Assembly: GCA_963786955.1 (NCBI GenBank)
Contig: CAWBAT010000005.1
Span: forward strand, 1,164,127-1,228,126
Origin: an uncultured Acidimicrobiia bacterium
Lineage (GTDB): Bacteria > Acidobacteriota > Terriglobia > Versatilivoradales > Versatilivoraceae
Direction of reading: 5' to 3'
Length of the DNA: 64,000 bases
Below, piece by piece: positions 62,374 through 64,000 of the stretch. A model generated the notes under the pieces. The model worked only from the letters and a program-made list of their open reading frames with translations. It searched no databases and was not told the DNA's origin. The translations under genes and the position numbers were made by a program. Position 1 is the stretch's first letter; every line of letters begins with the position of its first letter.

Positions 62374-62409
62374 TTGACAATGATCAGGCGCTCTTCTTAT
62401 CATGCCATG
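62374..62409 (+). promoter_or_regulatory. sigma70-like promoter candidate (TTGACA-18-TATCAT)
   Basis: Read from the sequence, upstream of an AAGGAG RBS and ATG 62455. Confidence 0.25.
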
Positions 62410-62454
62410 GCGATTGAGTATTAAGAATAATTCCGCAGCGAAGGAGCAATCGGT

Positions 62455-62826
62455 AATGATCAAGAAAGTGAGCTTAATAATCGGTTGTCTGTTCGTGGCG
62501 GTTTCCATGGCCGGAACATTGCCCAAGGGAAGAAAGTGACTTTTGCCGGTTACCTGCTGGATCAAATGTGTGGTGCAGAGGTGAAGGACACGGCCAAGGC
62601 TGCAGAACACTCAAAGGAATGCGCCCTCATGGATCACTGCGTTGCAGCGGGCTATGGGATCTTCGCCGAAGGGAAGTTTATCAAGTTCGATGCCCAGGGT
62701 AACAAGAAAGCCAAGGCATTCCTTGAGAGTAGTAAAAAGGAAAAAGGCATTCTGGTTATCTTGGAAGGAAATCTTAATGGTGACGTCTTGACGGTCTCGG
62801 CGATAAAGGAAAGGGGTGTTAAGTAG
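62455..62826 (+). pseudogene. small secreted Cys-containing protein, frameshift inside the signal peptide
   Basis: MIKKVSLIIGCLFVAVSMAG signal peptide ends in a stop after 27 codons. The mature part (NIAQGKKVTFAGYLLDQMCG...ECALMDHCVAAGYG...) continues in the frame of ORF 62485..62826. Confidence 0.4.
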
Positions 62827-63085
62827 GGGTATCGTGCTGTGGCCTGGCTGAATGTTTATCTGTGGCTCCCTCTTGCTTTGAGTTTTGAAACATGAATTTG
62901 TTCTTGATCAGTAGCGGCCAGACTTAAATCCCGTGTGAAGTTGCCTTGGTTCGAGAATTTTCTTTCTCCTGTGAGAGCCAAGGGAAGTGTGTTAATCAAG
63001 GAAGAGTTGGTTTTTTCTTCGCCAAAACCTGAATGAAAGATTCTGTTAAGTAGCCTGATTTTAAGAAACGGAGGAGGTCTTTTTT

Positions 63086-63928
63086 ATGCCCTGGTTTAAG
63101 AAGAGCCAGACTCCCATCGTCCAGATTGGAGACAAAACCGTACGAACGGAAGGACTTTGGACGAAGTGCGATCAGTGCAAACAGATCATCTGGAAAAAAG
63201 ATTTGGAAGCCAACCAAAACGTCTGTCCAGGATGCAACTTTCACTTTAAAATCTCGGCACGAGAAAGGTTACGGCTGTTGTTAGATGGTGCAATTTACAA
63301 ACAGTTCGACGAACGCCTTGTGTCCAATGACCCTCTCCATTTTGTGGACAAGAAACCCTATAAAAGGCGCCTGGAAGAGATGGCCCGGGCAACCGGGCTC
63401 AAAGATGCTGTCATTTCAGCAGAAGGTAAATTAGGGGGGAAGCCGATTTTCGTTTGCGCGATGGAAGCCGCCTTTATCAGCGGATCGATGGGATCTGTCG
63501 TCGGGGAAGTCATCACTCGGGCGATCGAGCGATCCATCGAAAAAAAATATCCTCTGATCATTGTGGCTTGCTCTGGAGGCGCAAGGATGCAGGAAGGCGC
63601 ATTGAGCCTTATGCAAATGGCGAAAATTAGCTCAGCTTTGGCCCGCTTAGACGATGTCAAAGTGCCTTATATCTCGGTGCTTACGGATCCGACAACCGGA
63701 GGAGTCACGGCCAGTTTTGCTATGTTGGGGGATATCATTATCGCTGAACCTGGAGCGCTCATTGGATTTGCGGGACCTCGGGTGATTGAGCAGACCATCC
63801 GACAAAAACTACCGGAAGGTTTCCAGCGCAGCGAGTTCCTTCTAAATCACGGGATGATCGATGCTATTGTGAATCGAAAAGACCTGAAGGAGTATCTGAT
63901 AAAATCCCTTAGATTCTTCGGCCATTAA
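63086..63928 (+). CDS. accD: acetyl-CoA carboxylase carboxyltransferase subunit beta
   Basis: N-terminal Cys4 zinc finger (CDQCKQ...CPGCNFH) and a carboxyltransferase domain (ACSGGARMQEG). Confidence 0.85.
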   Translation: MPWFKKSQTPIVQIGDKTVRTEGLWTKCDQCKQIIWKKDLEANQNVCPGCNFHFKISARERLRLLLDGAIYKQFDERLVSNDPLHFVDKKPYKRRLEEMARATGLKDAVISAEGKLGGKPIFVCAMEAAFISGSMGSVVGEVITRAIERSIEKKYPLIIVACSGGARMQEGALSLMQMAKISSALARLDDVKVPYISVLTDPTTGGVTASFAMLGDIIIAEPGALIGFAGPRVIEQTIRQKLPEGFQRSEFLLNHGMIDAIVNRKDLKEYLIKSLRFFGH

Positions 63929-64000
63929 TTTTCTTGCTCTTCTTACCCACCCATTCTGCGGATGTATTCAAAGGAAGGAGTGGGTTTTTTCGTTTATGGA

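Overview
This window is a bacterial chromosomal segment of roughly 50-55% GC. Coding density is high on both strands. I found no rRNA, tRNA or CRISPR array.

Gene content in order:
- 1-5.5 kb: a 5'-truncated pgsA, a PDZ-radical-SAM (DUF512) gene, a DUF62 SAM hydroxide adenosyltransferase-like gene, a DUF1028 gene and a GMC oxidoreductase.
- 5.5-8.3 kb: an AT-rich accessory islet carrying a DUF4258/MqsA-like toxin-antitoxin pair, an HExxH protein and a T5orf172 (GIY-YIG-like) protein.
- 8.3-9.3 kb: hemH.
- 9.5-22.3 kb: a complete Alternative Complex III (actABCDEF plus an actG-like gene), then a SCO copper chaperone and a caa3-type cytochrome oxidase (coxB, coxA, coxC, coxD).
- 22.4-23.2 kb: a TIGR04255-like gene.
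- 23.3-29.9 kb, minus strand: a sugar-nucleotide / glycan cluster. It holds a GT2, two NAD epimerase/dehydratases, a DegT aminotransferase, a WecB/WbpI-like 2-epimerase and a fused WbpB-WbpD-like oxidoreductase-acetyltransferase.
- 30.1-32.5 kb: a TlpA-like redoxin, a small Cys-rich secreted protein, a TPR membrane protein and a YHS/TRASH protein.
- 32.5-36.8 kb: gdhA, carrying a C-terminal frameshift, followed by pyrR-pyrB-pyrC.
- 37-54.5 kb: housekeeping genes that are almost all broken by multiple frameshifts (glnE, pgeF, an MTTase, a SurA-like PPIase, ubiE, rarA, trmH-family, tsaC, an ABC substrate-binding protein, anmK, mutS). Only acpS and a DUF218 gene read intact.
- 54.5-64 kb: tsaB, rimI, clpS, a TAT-signal Gfo/Idh/MocA oxidoreductase, a frameshifted bacilliredoxin, tatA, a GAF-GAF-PP2C phosphatase, rpiB, a frameshifted hpt, a secreted protein frameshifted in its signal peptide, and accD.

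Where I could localise them exactly, several breaks sit in homopolymer runs (A4-6, T6-8, C7). The main things worth a second look are the frameshift-dense block (which includes mutS itself), the low-GC toxin/nuclease islet, the fused WbpB-WbpD enzyme, and a thiol/metal-handling module with a Cys-rich secreted peptide.
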